Shown here: piece by piece, positions 1 through 8,457 of the stretch
Position numbering within the stretch: position 1 is the first letter of the stretch
How the letters are laid out: every line of letters begins with the position of its first letter
DNA from: Chitinivibrionales bacterium
Lineage (GTDB): Bacteria > Fibrobacterota > Chitinivibrionia > Chitinivibrionales > WJKA01
NCBI GenBank assembly: GCA_038247415.1
Contig: JBBRUX010000068.1
Span: forward strand, 1 to 14,194
Length of the DNA: 14,194 nt
Direction of reading: 5' to 3'
Notes under the pieces: model-generated
Seen by the model: the letters and a program-made list of their open reading frames with translations, nothing else
Told to the model about the DNA's origin: nothing
Databases searched by the model: none
Made by a program: the position numbers and the translations under genes

Positions 1-162
1 GAATCCGCGATAGGACTTTCGGAGGTCTCTTCAACCATTGCCGGTGTAAATAATGCTGTAGCCGACACTGCAAAAGGAATCGTACAAGTAAGAACAAGTG
101 CAGAGGAATTGTCAAAACTTTCCGAAGGACTTAAAGAGCTTGTAGGACAATTCAAAATATAA
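1..162 (+). CDS. Methyl-accepting chemotaxis protein, C-terminal end (partial, runs off the window start)
   Basis: Frame 1 is open from base 1 to TAA at 160-162: ESAIGLSEVSSTIAGVNNAVADTAKGIVQVRTSAEELSKLSEGLKELVGQFKI*. The heptad pattern and the 'SAEELSKLSEGLKELVGQFKI' ending are typical of the MCP signalling-domain C-terminal helix. Not in the ORF track because it has no start in the window. Confidence 0.85.
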   Translation, partial: ESAIGLSEVSSTIAGVNNAVADTAKGIVQVRTSAEELSKLSEGLKELVGQFKI

Positions 163-191
163 AAAAGGCAAAGCCAATGCGCTGGCGCCTT
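161..191 (-). terminator. Probable intrinsic terminator for the minus-strand genes, between convergent stop codons
   Basis: Minus strand reads AAGGC-GCCA-gcgcat-TGGC-ttt-GCC-TTTTTT: a GC stem with a 3-nt bulge followed by six U. It lies 24 nt past the GH57 stop codon. Confidence 0.55.
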
Positions 192-215
192 AACAAGACG
201 TGATTTACACGAAGC

Positions 216-2735
216 TTACAACTTCGCTTGTAGTGGAGGTGTAAAAGGAAATTCTCCGGTGGCAAAGTTAATACGATGCGCGAAATCCAGCAAATGCTCG
301 AGCATTGCAATTTCATCGGCGTGAGCTATGCCACTTTGATAGCGAGCGTATAAGCTACGAATCGTAGATTGACGCACTGGATAAAAAATATCTTCGAGCG
401 CATGCTTTTTAATAGGTATACCAAAACGATCTGCAATGGTGAGGTGAAATGCGATGGTATCGCAAAGCTCCTTGGTTGCGCCTGCGGTGAGATCGAAAAG
501 GGACTGGGTGAGGGAAGTTTGCAAAACTTGAGAAGCATAGGTGCGATCTATGGTTACGCCAAACTTTTGAGCCGTCCCCAAAAGTCCCGAAAGATCGTTG
601 AGAAACTTTTGGCTTGATTTTTTTTCGATCGTCTCGTTTATCTTTTGATTCCATTGCGCATTGAGCACATATTCCACAGGTCCCGTAAGCGATGAAGGAA
701 GCCTGTTGTCCAGAGCTACCAGAGCATCGAGCCACGATTGATTGTTCATAAGCCAAGCGCTATAGAACCGACCCGTATTGTGAGCGACGCGCGTCTTGAA
801 ATATCCTGAGAGCGCAAGTTTGGTTTCTGCAAAAAGATTAGCAAGAGATAGTGCAACAGCCGACGGGTGTGCAATCCACGAAGATGGAGTTGCAACCAAT
901 GCCGGGGTTTCTTCGATAATTTCTTTATCAAGAACCCATCCGCACAGATCCCCACCACGTTTGTGCATGATAAGCACGCCAAGGGCTTTTTCTTCGCCTG
1001 TTTTTGGATTATGAATTGCCACAGAAAAGGATTCATAGGTCATCCCATTCAGATCTCGACGCATGAGCGGTTGAAGTGAGCACATAATACCAAATGTTGA
1101 CGTTGTAAGCGTTGTCCCTTTGCTGACAATTTTTTCGACACATATGCCAAATGCAAGCAATACAGTGTGTTGACTAAAAGGAATAACATGCTGTGCCAGA
1201 GCAGTTGCACCCGATTGTCCGGGAAAATTGCTGAGTGCGCCGGCAAGATCGGTGCTAAACAAGTGCGTTGCGTATTCATGGGTTTGATGGGGGAGCCCTA
1301 GTTGCAGTGCCCGATAGCCATAAGCAATATTTTGAACAGTCTCGATGCCTGTAACTTCGGTAAAAAACCATCCGCACGATGTAAATGAATACAGCATGTA
1401 CCGCTGCGCTGCCAATAATCGCCGTAGCAATTTGATATTTTCGGGGGTTAAAAGTTCAAGCGCTATATGTTGGGATAAATACCTGACAACAGGTTCGGTT
1501 TTCTCTTCTTCAAAAAAAGGCTCGTAATCGTCGCGCAGCGAAACAGGATCTGCGCCTAAAGATTCTACTGTTTGCGCATATTCGAGATCGACACTTTTTT
1601 GAATATTGACAAATGCCTGACGCAAAGGCCCGCGCCATTGTTGATTCCATCCGCTTTGTCCGCCCGTACTACAACCGCAATCGCGTATCCAACGTCCAAC
1701 ACCATGAGCACAGCTCCAGGCGGTTCCCTCGCTCCATGCATTTTTGAGGGTGGCTTCGAACCGTGGGGGTTCTACCGAAAGTAAATATCCGAAATTTACC
1801 GGGACAAGCTTATGCTCTGCTGCTGCGGTTCTAAAAAAGTAGGCAAGGCACATGTCGCCAAATGCTTTGTGGTGCCCAAACGTTTCGCCGTCGGTTGCTA
1901 TAACCACAGATTGATTACCCGGAACTTCGGTGTCGTAATTGCTGGCGATCTCAGCAGCCAATGTGTTCGCATCGTTAAGAATGCCCCCAAAACTAATGTT
2001 TCGTGAAAGGGATTCGTTAAAAAAGAAAACATCGATATGTTCGCCAGTTGTTTTACCATATTCATCGGTTGCAAAAACACGATACGATCTGCGGGGGTCG
2101 ATGCCTTGTTGAGCAGTGTTTACAAGAGGGTCAGAATGATCGAGTGGTCTAAAAGCTTCGGCTTGAGAAGGGGCTAAAATAGTATAGCGTATGCCTTCTT
2201 CGATAAGACAGCGCACTGTCTCCATGTTGATTCCCGTTTCGGCAAGCCAAATACCTTCGGGATCTCGCGAAAAATGTCTTTTGAAAAAAGATTTTGCCCA
2301 TCTGATTTGCGTGAGTTGATCTTTGCGACTTGCAAGCGGCATAATGATGTGATTGTAAACCTGTGCTACGGCATTACCATGCCCGCCAAGTCTGGCGCAG
2401 CTCTCTTTATCTGCAGAAATTATTCTATCGACAACATCGGGGTGTCTTTTTTCTAGCCACGACAAAAGCGTGGGGCCAAAATTAAAGCTTAACGAACGAT
2501 AGTTGTTATTGATATCAATAATTTGACCATGCGGATCGAGCAAACGAGAATAGGCATTGGGGCGGTAGCACTCTTCGTATACACGTTCGTTCCAGTCGTG
2601 GCAGGGGTCTGCAGACGGTTGGTGCTCTATTATGTCAAGCCAAGGATTTTCTCGCGGGGGTTGATAAAAATGGCCGTGGATAACGCAATAGCGCAGATTT
2701 TGAGAAACGCTATTTCCAATCATAAGGTTGTCCAT
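216..2735 (-). CDS. DUF3536-domain glycoside hydrolase family 57 protein (alpha-glucan active; exact specificity unknown)
   Basis: Contains HGHFYQPPRENPW, HDWNERV..ECYRPN, SFNFGPTLLSWLE, QVYNHIIMPLA, GIWLAET (nucleophile Glu region), ATDGETFGHH (acid/base Asp region), WSCAHGVGRW..DCGC and FTSCGWFF. The start could instead be the Met at 2723. Confidence 0.9.
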   Translation of the reverse strand: MDNLMIGNSVSQNLRYCVIHGHFYQPPRENPWLDIIEHQPSADPCHDWNERVYEECYRPNAYSRLLDPHGQIIDINNNYRSLSFNFGPTLLSWLEKRHPDVVDRIISADKESCARLGGHGNAVAQVYNHIIMPLASRKDQLTQIRWAKSFFKRHFSRDPEGIWLAETGINMETVRCLIEEGIRYTILAPSQAEAFRPLDHSDPLVNTAQQGIDPRRSYRVFATDEYGKTTGEHIDVFFFNESLSRNISFGGILNDANTLAAEIASNYDTEVPGNQSVVIATDGETFGHHKAFGDMCLAYFFRTAAAEHKLVPVNFGYLLSVEPPRFEATLKNAWSEGTAWSCAHGVGRWIRDCGCSTGGQSGWNQQWRGPLRQAFVNIQKSVDLEYAQTVESLGADPVSLRDDYEPFFEEEKTEPVVRYLSQHIALELLTPENIKLLRRLLAAQRYMLYSFTSCGWFFTEVTGIETVQNIAYGYRALQLGLPHQTHEYATHLFSTDLAGALSNFPGQSGATALAQHVIPFSQHTVLLAFGICVEKIVSKGTTLTTSTFGIMCSLQPLMRRDLNGMTYESFSVAIHNPKTGEEKALGVLIMHKRGGDLCGWVLDKEIIEETPALVATPSSWIAHPSAVALSLANLFAETKLALSGYFKTRVAHNTGRFYSAWLMNNQSWLDALVALDNRLPSSLTGPVEYVLNAQWNQKINETIEKKSSQKFLNDLSGLLGTAQKFGVTIDRTYASQVLQTSLTQSLFDLTAGATKELCDTIAFHLTIADRFGIPIKKHALEDIFYPVRQSTIRSLYARYQSGIAHADEIAMLEHLLDFAHRINFATGEFPFTPPLQAKL

Positions 2736-2955
2736 CAGGTAGAGTTACATTTTTACCGTCGAGGCGTTTTTTTAAAATTTCCATGCCTTGTGCCAAAATA
2801 TCTTCGCGAGATTCAAAGATATTTTCGAACCAGGTTTCAACTTCGCTGCCTACACGAGTGTAGCATTTGTCGCCGATATGGCGTTCTCCGAGTTGAACTT
2901 CCAGGGTGCTTTTTTCACCATCGACAATTACATTTTTTAAACTGCGAATGCTCAT
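2710..2955 (-). CDS. Small hypothetical protein (81 aa)
   Basis: ATG preceded by AAAGGGT with a 6-nt spacer. Composition looks globular, it fills the gap on the same strand as its neighbours, and its 3' end overlaps the GH57 start. Confidence 0.7.
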   Translation of the reverse strand: MSIRSLKNVIVDGEKSTLEVQLGERHIGDKCYTRVGSEVETWFENIFESREDILAQGMEILKKRLDGKNVTLPDGQPYDWK

Positions 2956-3079
2956 GCAATTACCCTTTATTTAAAACTATGGCACTAAGCGTTATAAAAT
3001 ACATTTGTAGCATAAAAATCTAATGATTAGCACATCAAATAGTGTACCATTCTTGTAGCACATAAGCCCAGAATTTGGG

Positions 3080-3874
3080 TCAATGGGGTTTATGAGAGCT
3101 TTTTGGATGATAGAGCGACTTATTTAAAAGCCACAAAAGCCCATCTAAAATCGTTAAAGGATGTGGGGGACATCCGGGAATAAACAAATCGACCGGCAGT
3201 ATTGGAAGTACACCATTATGAGATTCGGCAGTATCTGAAAAAAGCCCGCCCGAAATAGCACACGCCCCGCATGCAATAACAATTTTTGGGTCTGGAATTG
3301 CGCTATACGTTTTAAGCAATGCTGTGAGCATGTTGTGAGTAACGGGCCCTGTAATAATAAGCCCATCGGCGTGGCGCGGTGATGCCACTAGAGCAATTCC
3401 AAAGCGATTAAGATCGAACCCGGGGGTATTGAGAACGTTTATATCTGCTTCGCACGCATTGCATCCACCGGCGCTTACCTGTCGAAGTTTAAACGATCTT
3501 CCAAATATTTTTTTTATGTGGCTTGGCAGCAGACTTTCTAATCGAGCTGCCGCTTTTTCTACAATAATTAAATCTTGTTTGCACGATGCTGCTACAGCAT
3601 AGTTTTTTGTGAAATATATCGATTTCTTTTCGCATACATCAACACATTCGGTACAAAAAATGCATCGTCCTATGTCAATTGAGAGCTTAGTATCTTTTAA
3701 TTGAAGGGCATTGGTGGGACATACAGAAATGCAGCCTTTCGTAGAACAGGCAGAACATGTGTTGGAATCAAAAATCGGTTTACCTTTAAACCTATCGGGC
3801 AAATTATCGTCTGCAACAGGGAATGACATTGTTCGGTGTTTTTGAAACAAACGAGCTTGTAATGCTTTTATCAT
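3080..3874 (-). CDS. hyfI: Fused 2x[4Fe-4S] ferredoxin (HyfH/NuoI-like) plus small subunit (HyfI/NuoB-like) of the Ehr/hydrogenase-4-like complex
   Basis: N-terminal CSACSTKGCISVCP and CIFCTECVDVCE. C-terminal SAGGCNACE, ASPRHADGLIITGPVT, GACAISGG and IPGCPPHP. The likely start is ATG 3874 (MIKALQ), after an AAGGA that overlaps the upstream TAA; the track start at 3907 lies inside the upstream gene. Confidence 0.9.
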   Translation of the reverse strand: MIKALQARLFQKHRTMSFPVADDNLPDRFKGKPIFDSNTCSACSTKGCISVCPTNALQLKDTKLSIDIGRCIFCTECVDVCEKKSIYFTKNYAVAASCKQDLIIVEKAAARLESLLPSHIKKIFGRSFKLRQVSAGGCNACEADINVLNTPGFDLNRFGIALVASPRHADGLIITGPVTHNMLTALLKTYSAIPDPKIVIACGACAISGGLFSDTAESHNGVLPILPVDLFIPGCPPHPLTILDGLLWLLNKSLYHPKSSHKPH

Positions 3875-3888
3875 AATCGTGCTATTCC

Positions 3889-5397
3889 TTAAAGATCGTG
3901 GCCGCAATAAGAAAGATTAAAGCTTTTATTGCACAAAGGGAAATCGGAAATTTGTTGATTGCGCATGGCCAGTGCTAATCCTAACCAGTTATGAAACGAG
4001 GGATCGGTAATGGAATATGCCGATAGTTCTCCGGTTGAATTGGTATGCGCAACATGGCAAATTTCGCCTCGCCATCCCTCAACCATAGATACAACTACCG
4101 AATTTTCTGTGAGCTTATGAACACCGCTATCTAAAATAGGCCCTTTTGGTAAGAGCGTAAGCTGCTCGCGAATGAAGGTGATAGATTGAATAACCTCAAG
4201 CCACCGTACAAAAGCACGCGAAAAAACATCGCCTTTATTATGCGTTGACGTGGGGATATGAGTGTATTGATAGATTCCACTGGGAAAATCGCCCCGAACA
4301 TCGCGTACGCAACCGCTTGCGCGTGCTGCAACGCCAACAATCCCAAGCTCAATACAATCGGAATGCGCAAGAACCCCTGCCTGCTCAAATCGGGAAGTTA
4401 CCGATGCCGATGACCATATAAGCTCTGTCGCATTGAGGAAATCTTTTTCGGCAGCGTTGAGTTTGCTCAAGAATGTTTGAACACGCAATTCGTCACCGTC
4501 AAACCGAGTGCCGCCCACAACAATCAACGATCTACCAAATCTATTGCCGCATAAAAGAGCTGTTAGGTTTAAAAAATCACCACGAATTCTACCACAAAAC
4601 GAAGATGTGGGCATATAGCCCGCATCTCCTGAAAGCGCACCCAAATCGCCAATATGATTTGCGCATCGTTCGAGCTCTAGGGCAACACCTCTAAGAACCT
4701 GTGCCCGAGCTGGCGTCTTGACATGCATGAGACTTTCTAGAGCCATTGCACCGGCCATTGCGTGCCCAATACTTGTATCTCCTGCAGTAACCTCGAGGTA
4801 TCTAAGGATGTGAGTAGGCTTTTTAGAAGCAATACGTGGAAGAATCCCTCGATGTTGATAGCCGAGAGAAATTTCGAGGTGCAAGACTTCTTCGCCACTA
4901 CATTGAAAACGAAAATGCCCCGGCTCAATAATTCCCGCATGAACAGGGCCTACGGCAACTTCATGAATTTGGTCTCCCTCAACAGAAAAATAAGACATTT
5001 TACCTATTGACACTTTGGGATTATTTTTATGTGAAGTTGCTTTGGGAGGAAATCGAACCGGTTTTAGCCAAGGGTGGTCGATAAACAGCAATCCATGGTC
5101 TTCGGCAATAACGCGCTCAAAAAGATGGAGTGCAGGAATATGCGGCGTGACAGAAGCGAGTTCAAGAGCGGTAAGGGGGGTTTTAAGAAGCCCGATAGTA
5201 CCGTTACTTTCGTTTACAAAGCATCCAAAAATCTTTTTTTGGCCCGATTCAATGAGAACATTATACGAAGATGGTCTACTTCCGTTTTTGCACAAGAGTT
5301 TGATAATTTCGCAAAACCGTTCGTAGGGGTGCTCGGGTATTGACTCGTTTGAACAGACTTCTCCGTTGCGGACATTTTTTACACTCGAGAAGTTCAT
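3889..5397 (-). CDS. hyfG: HyfG/HycE-like (NuoC+NuoD-type) large subunit lacking Ni-binding cysteines (EhrL type)
   Basis: Contains FERVIAEDHGL..HPWLKP (NuoC-like), VGPVHAGIIEPGHFRF, LGYQHRG, ELERCANHIGDLG, EGWRGE and DPSFHNW. The L1 site reads EVTAGDTSIGH and the L2 site reads KSFNLSYCGHDL; neither has CxxC. Confidence 0.9.
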   Translation of the reverse strand: MNFSSVKNVRNGEVCSNESIPEHPYERFCEIIKLLCKNGSRPSSYNVLIESGQKKIFGCFVNESNGTIGLLKTPLTALELASVTPHIPALHLFERVIAEDHGLLFIDHPWLKPVRFPPKATSHKNNPKVSIGKMSYFSVEGDQIHEVAVGPVHAGIIEPGHFRFQCSGEEVLHLEISLGYQHRGILPRIASKKPTHILRYLEVTAGDTSIGHAMAGAMALESLMHVKTPARAQVLRGVALELERCANHIGDLGALSGDAGYMPTSSFCGRIRGDFLNLTALLCGNRFGRSLIVVGGTRFDGDELRVQTFLSKLNAAEKDFLNATELIWSSASVTSRFEQAGVLAHSDCIELGIVGVAARASGCVRDVRGDFPSGIYQYTHIPTSTHNKGDVFSRAFVRWLEVIQSITFIREQLTLLPKGPILDSGVHKLTENSVVVSMVEGWRGEICHVAHTNSTGELSAYSITDPSFHNWLGLALAMRNQQISDFPLCNKSFNLSYCGHDL

Positions 5398-6899
5398 TGA
5401 AACCTCATACTGGTAATAATCATCCCATGCTCAATTATTTTCCCAGCGTCAACAACAAAATGATAAAAAGGCTTAGAAACAAAAATGCCAAATCCCGCAA
5501 AGACCACAAGCGAACAAAGCGTTACGATAACAAACCAAGGAAGTGCTACCGCTATGCTTTTAGGGCTTGGTGATCCAAAGGTGACTTCTATCCCGCGCCA
5601 TAGCATTCCAAAAAAGATTATGAGGGCAGTTATAAGGAACAATCCAAGTGCACTATAATGCTCATTTTCAAAGAGCGAATAGCATGTCAAAAACTCACTA
5701 AAAAAAAGGAGCCCTGGCGCAGCACCGCACAGCAATAGAATGCTTGCAAAAAAGAGAAAACCTCCAACGGGACTTCGTTTTAAAGCACCAGAAATCTCGC
5801 TTGCATCGAGCGTTCCAAAGGCTTTGGCAAGTATTCCCGTTGCGCAAAAACCTGCCGATTTCGACAGTGCATGCCCAATAGTATGGAGCATTGCGGCCAC
5901 GGCACCAATGCCCCCGCTGCCAATACCAATGCACATTATTCCAATATGTTCGATAGAACAATAGGCGAAAAAGCGTTTAAGATTTTTTTGCGTAGGAATA
6001 AATATAGCCCCAATAACCATAGACACAAGCCCTAAAGCAAGCATAAGCTTTCTACCTTTGCCAACAAAACCGCTCGAAGCTTCGCAGAGGGGTAAAAAGC
6101 GAATAATCGCATACAGCGCGCAATTGAGCATCACCCCAGAAAAAACAGCGGAGACAGGGGTAGGGGTTTGACTATGGGCATCGGGAAGCCACGTATGCAT
6201 GGGTGCAATACCCGCTTTTGTGCCATAGCCTACAAGCACAAAAATAAACGCTACAAGCATAATATTTGGATCGAGAAACCCTGCATTGTCGGCCAGTGAT
6301 GTCCACAGTAAATGCGATTGACTTGCGGCAGGGGAAGCGCTTTGTGCAATAGACACCAAAAGTGTACCCGCAAATGCAAATGCAATACCCACAGAGCAAA
6401 TCAAAAGATATTTCCACATAGCTTCTATAGATGCTGCGCTCTGGTGGGTAAGTATCAATAATGCAGAAACGAGTGTTGTAGCCTCTACCATCACCCACAA
6501 AAAACCAAGATTATTGGCATACAAGACAAGGATTAACAACAGGAGAAACCCATTCCAGAGTCCGCCGTATCGACGTGATGCACGAGCGCTTTTTAGATCG
6601 TTTTGTTCGGAGCTCGAATAGTACCAAAGCCCATACACCGATCCCACAAGAAAAATGAGAGTAACCAGCACTAAATGAAGTGCCGATAAATGGTCGAGAA
6701 AAAGCTGGTTTCCAAAACAACTCAGCCGACCATGAACTGCAACCAAAAATGCGAGTACGAGAGAACTAGCAAAAACTATAAAAGCATTAACAATACTTAT
6801 TCGGAGCATGGTAGAGAATTTGGGTACGAGAACGGCCAGGCCAGTAGAAACTATGCATACAATAAGTGGCAAGAACACTATAAGTGATTCTGGTTTCAT
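5394..6899 (-). CDS. hyfF: HyfF-like proton-translocating (Mrp antiporter-like) membrane subunit
   Basis: Polytopic, with WVMVEATTL, EAMWKYLLICSVGIAFA, GYGTKAGIAPMHTWLPDAHSQTPTPVSAVFSG, KRFFAYCSIEHIG and FFSEF. ATGA overlaps at both ends. Confidence 0.9.
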   Translation of the reverse strand: MKPESLIVFLPLIVCIVSTGLAVLVPKFSTMLRISIVNAFIVFASSLVLAFLVAVHGRLSCFGNQLFLDHLSALHLVLVTLIFLVGSVYGLWYYSSSEQNDLKSARASRRYGGLWNGFLLLLILVLYANNLGFLWVMVEATTLVSALLILTHQSAASIEAMWKYLLICSVGIAFAFAGTLLVSIAQSASPAASQSHLLWTSLADNAGFLDPNIMLVAFIFVLVGYGTKAGIAPMHTWLPDAHSQTPTPVSAVFSGVMLNCALYAIIRFLPLCEASSGFVGKGRKLMLALGLVSMVIGAIFIPTQKNLKRFFAYCSIEHIGIMCIGIGSGGIGAVAAMLHTIGHALSKSAGFCATGILAKAFGTLDASEISGALKRSPVGGFLFFASILLLCGAAPGLLFFSEFLTCYSLFENEHYSALGLFLITALIIFFGMLWRGIEVTFGSPSPKSIAVALPWFVIVTLCSLVVFAGFGIFVSKPFYHFVVDAGKIIEHGMIITSMRFQ

Positions 6900-7543
6900 T
6901 CTCGTAGTGCCTCGAGCGCATCGGTTGAAATAGAATCGAATTCTCGGTGAATTTGATGAATAACAATACCCATAACAAAGACACCAACCAAAAGATCCAG
7001 CAAAATGCCTAATTCAACCAGTAAAGACTGTGTTGTAGGCAACGACACCCCAAAAGTAAATATCCCATTTTCTAAAACGAGATAGCCTATAACTTGTGCA
7101 AGTGCTGTTGAGCGCGCCATAATGAGGAAAAGTCCACACATTGTTATACAAATAGAAAGCGATATCATTGTTTCGGATGGCAAAAAGAGGCTTGGCGGTA
7201 TTTTTGATCCAATTCCAAAAGAAATAAGCGTAATAAGAATTCCGCACACTATAGAAAGTGAAAAACCCACATGAGGACGAGTTTCTCTAAAATTTGTGGC
7301 GCTTCGGATAGCTCGAAATAAGAGCATAGGGATAACCACTCCCTTAACAATAATTCCCAAAGAAGAAAGTACTATAGTATGAATAGAAAAAGCTCCATGA
7401 TGAATAAAAAACGGGAAAAGCCCTAATAAAACACCCAAAATGGCAGCAGATCGAACAAGGACAAGAATGCGACTTGTCGTTAACATAAAAAGAGTTATGA
7501 TAACAGAGAGCACAATGAGTGTATTAATGGGATTTGTTGTCAT
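6896..7543 (-). CDS. hyfE: HyfE-like membrane subunit
   Basis: Hydrophobic 215-aa protein with VKGVVIP.LL, QVIGYLVLENGI and ELGILLDLLV. The start is placed at ATG 7543, which forms an ATGA overlap with the hyfC stop; the track's extension to 7768 is overlap with hyfC. Confidence 0.88.
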   Translation of the reverse strand: MTTNPINTLIVLSVIITLFMLTTSRILVLVRSAAILGVLLGLFPFFIHHGAFSIHTIVLSSLGIIVKGVVIPMLLFRAIRSATNFRETRPHVGFSLSIVCGILITLISFGIGSKIPPSLFLPSETMISLSICITMCGLFLIMARSTALAQVIGYLVLENGIFTFGVSLPTTQSLLVELGILLDLLVGVFVMGIVIHQIHREFDSISTDALEALRE

Positions 7544-8457
7544 GCAAAAGCTCCATTTACTAAAAGGAGCGCAATGATTGCCAATGCCCCAGCGCCCAGC
7601 AGTAGTTGAGGGATTGCAGTAAGCCGTAGTCGAGCCATCGAAGACTCCACAATACCAATCGTAACCGCTACAGCAACCATTCCGCCAAGTGTTATGGCTA
7701 AATCGCCAAGAAACGATGCCGCATGAAATGGCGTGAGTACCTGTGCTACGATAACAGAAAAAATCCAAAGCTTAATCGAGGCGGCATATTCTAAAAGCCC
7801 CAAATCGGGTCCACTACAATCGAGAATTAAAACTTCATGGATCATGGTGAGTTCTAAGTGGGTAGTGGGGTCGTCGATAGGGATTCTCGAATTTTCTACT
7901 AGGACAATAACAAAGAGCGCTGCACCAATGAGGAGCGAAACTCCACCAGGATGCGGGGCGTGAATTCCACACACTGCAGAGAGCGAAAAAATATGACCGC
8001 TTTTACACAATGCGACCAAAGAGAGCAAAATTATAGGTTCTGCAAGTGCAGAAAAGAAAAGTTCTCTACTAGCGCCTAAACCTTCGAACGCCGAGCCGGT
8101 ATCGAGTGCAACCAAAACAAGCGCAAATCGGGCGATTGCCAAAAGCATTACAAAAAGAATAATATCGCCTTCAAACGAAATAAGCGATCCGCATTTCCCA
8201 ACCGGCAAAAGCACCAAAAGCCCACAGGTTGCAGCAAGCACGGTAACAATGCCAAGCTTGAATATCGGGCTTGTTGTAGTACTGTAAATAGACGTTTTAG
8301 AAAGATTTTTAACAATATCGTAATAGGGCTGCAATAAGGGAGCACCAACGCGACCCGTAAAAAACGCCTTTGTTTTAACAATTATGCCTAACAGCAGTGG
8401 CGCTCCTGCAAAAGCCAAAACAAATGGAAAGAGTGCATGCCACCACAGAGACGTCAT
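7540..8457 (-). CDS. hyfC: HyfC/HycD (NuoH-like) membrane subunit
   Basis: Contains GRVGAPLLQPYYDIVK, ALDTGSAFEGLGASRE, ENSRIPIDDPTTHLELTMIHE and ESSMARLR. The start is placed at ATG 8457, an ATGA overlap with the hyfB stop. Confidence 0.9.
   Translation of the reverse strand: MTSLWWHALFPFVLAFAGAPLLLGIIVKTKAFFTGRVGAPLLQPYYDIVKNLSKTSIYSTTTSPIFKLGIVTVLAATCGLLVLLPVGKCGSLISFEGDIILFVMLLAIARFALVLVALDTGSAFEGLGASRELFFSALAEPIILLSLVALCKSGHIFSLSAVCGIHAPHPGGVSLLIGAALFVIVLVENSRIPIDDPTTHLELTMIHEVLILDCSGPDLGLLEYAASIKLWIFSVIVAQVLTPFHAASFLGDLAITLGGMVAVAVTIGIVESSMARLRLTAIPQLLLGAGALAIIALLLVNGAFA

Noticed and set aside
2523..3023. 166-aa plus-strand ORF, and the other short ORFs nested in the main genes
   Set aside because: They overlap well-supported minus-strand genes and have no recognisable features.
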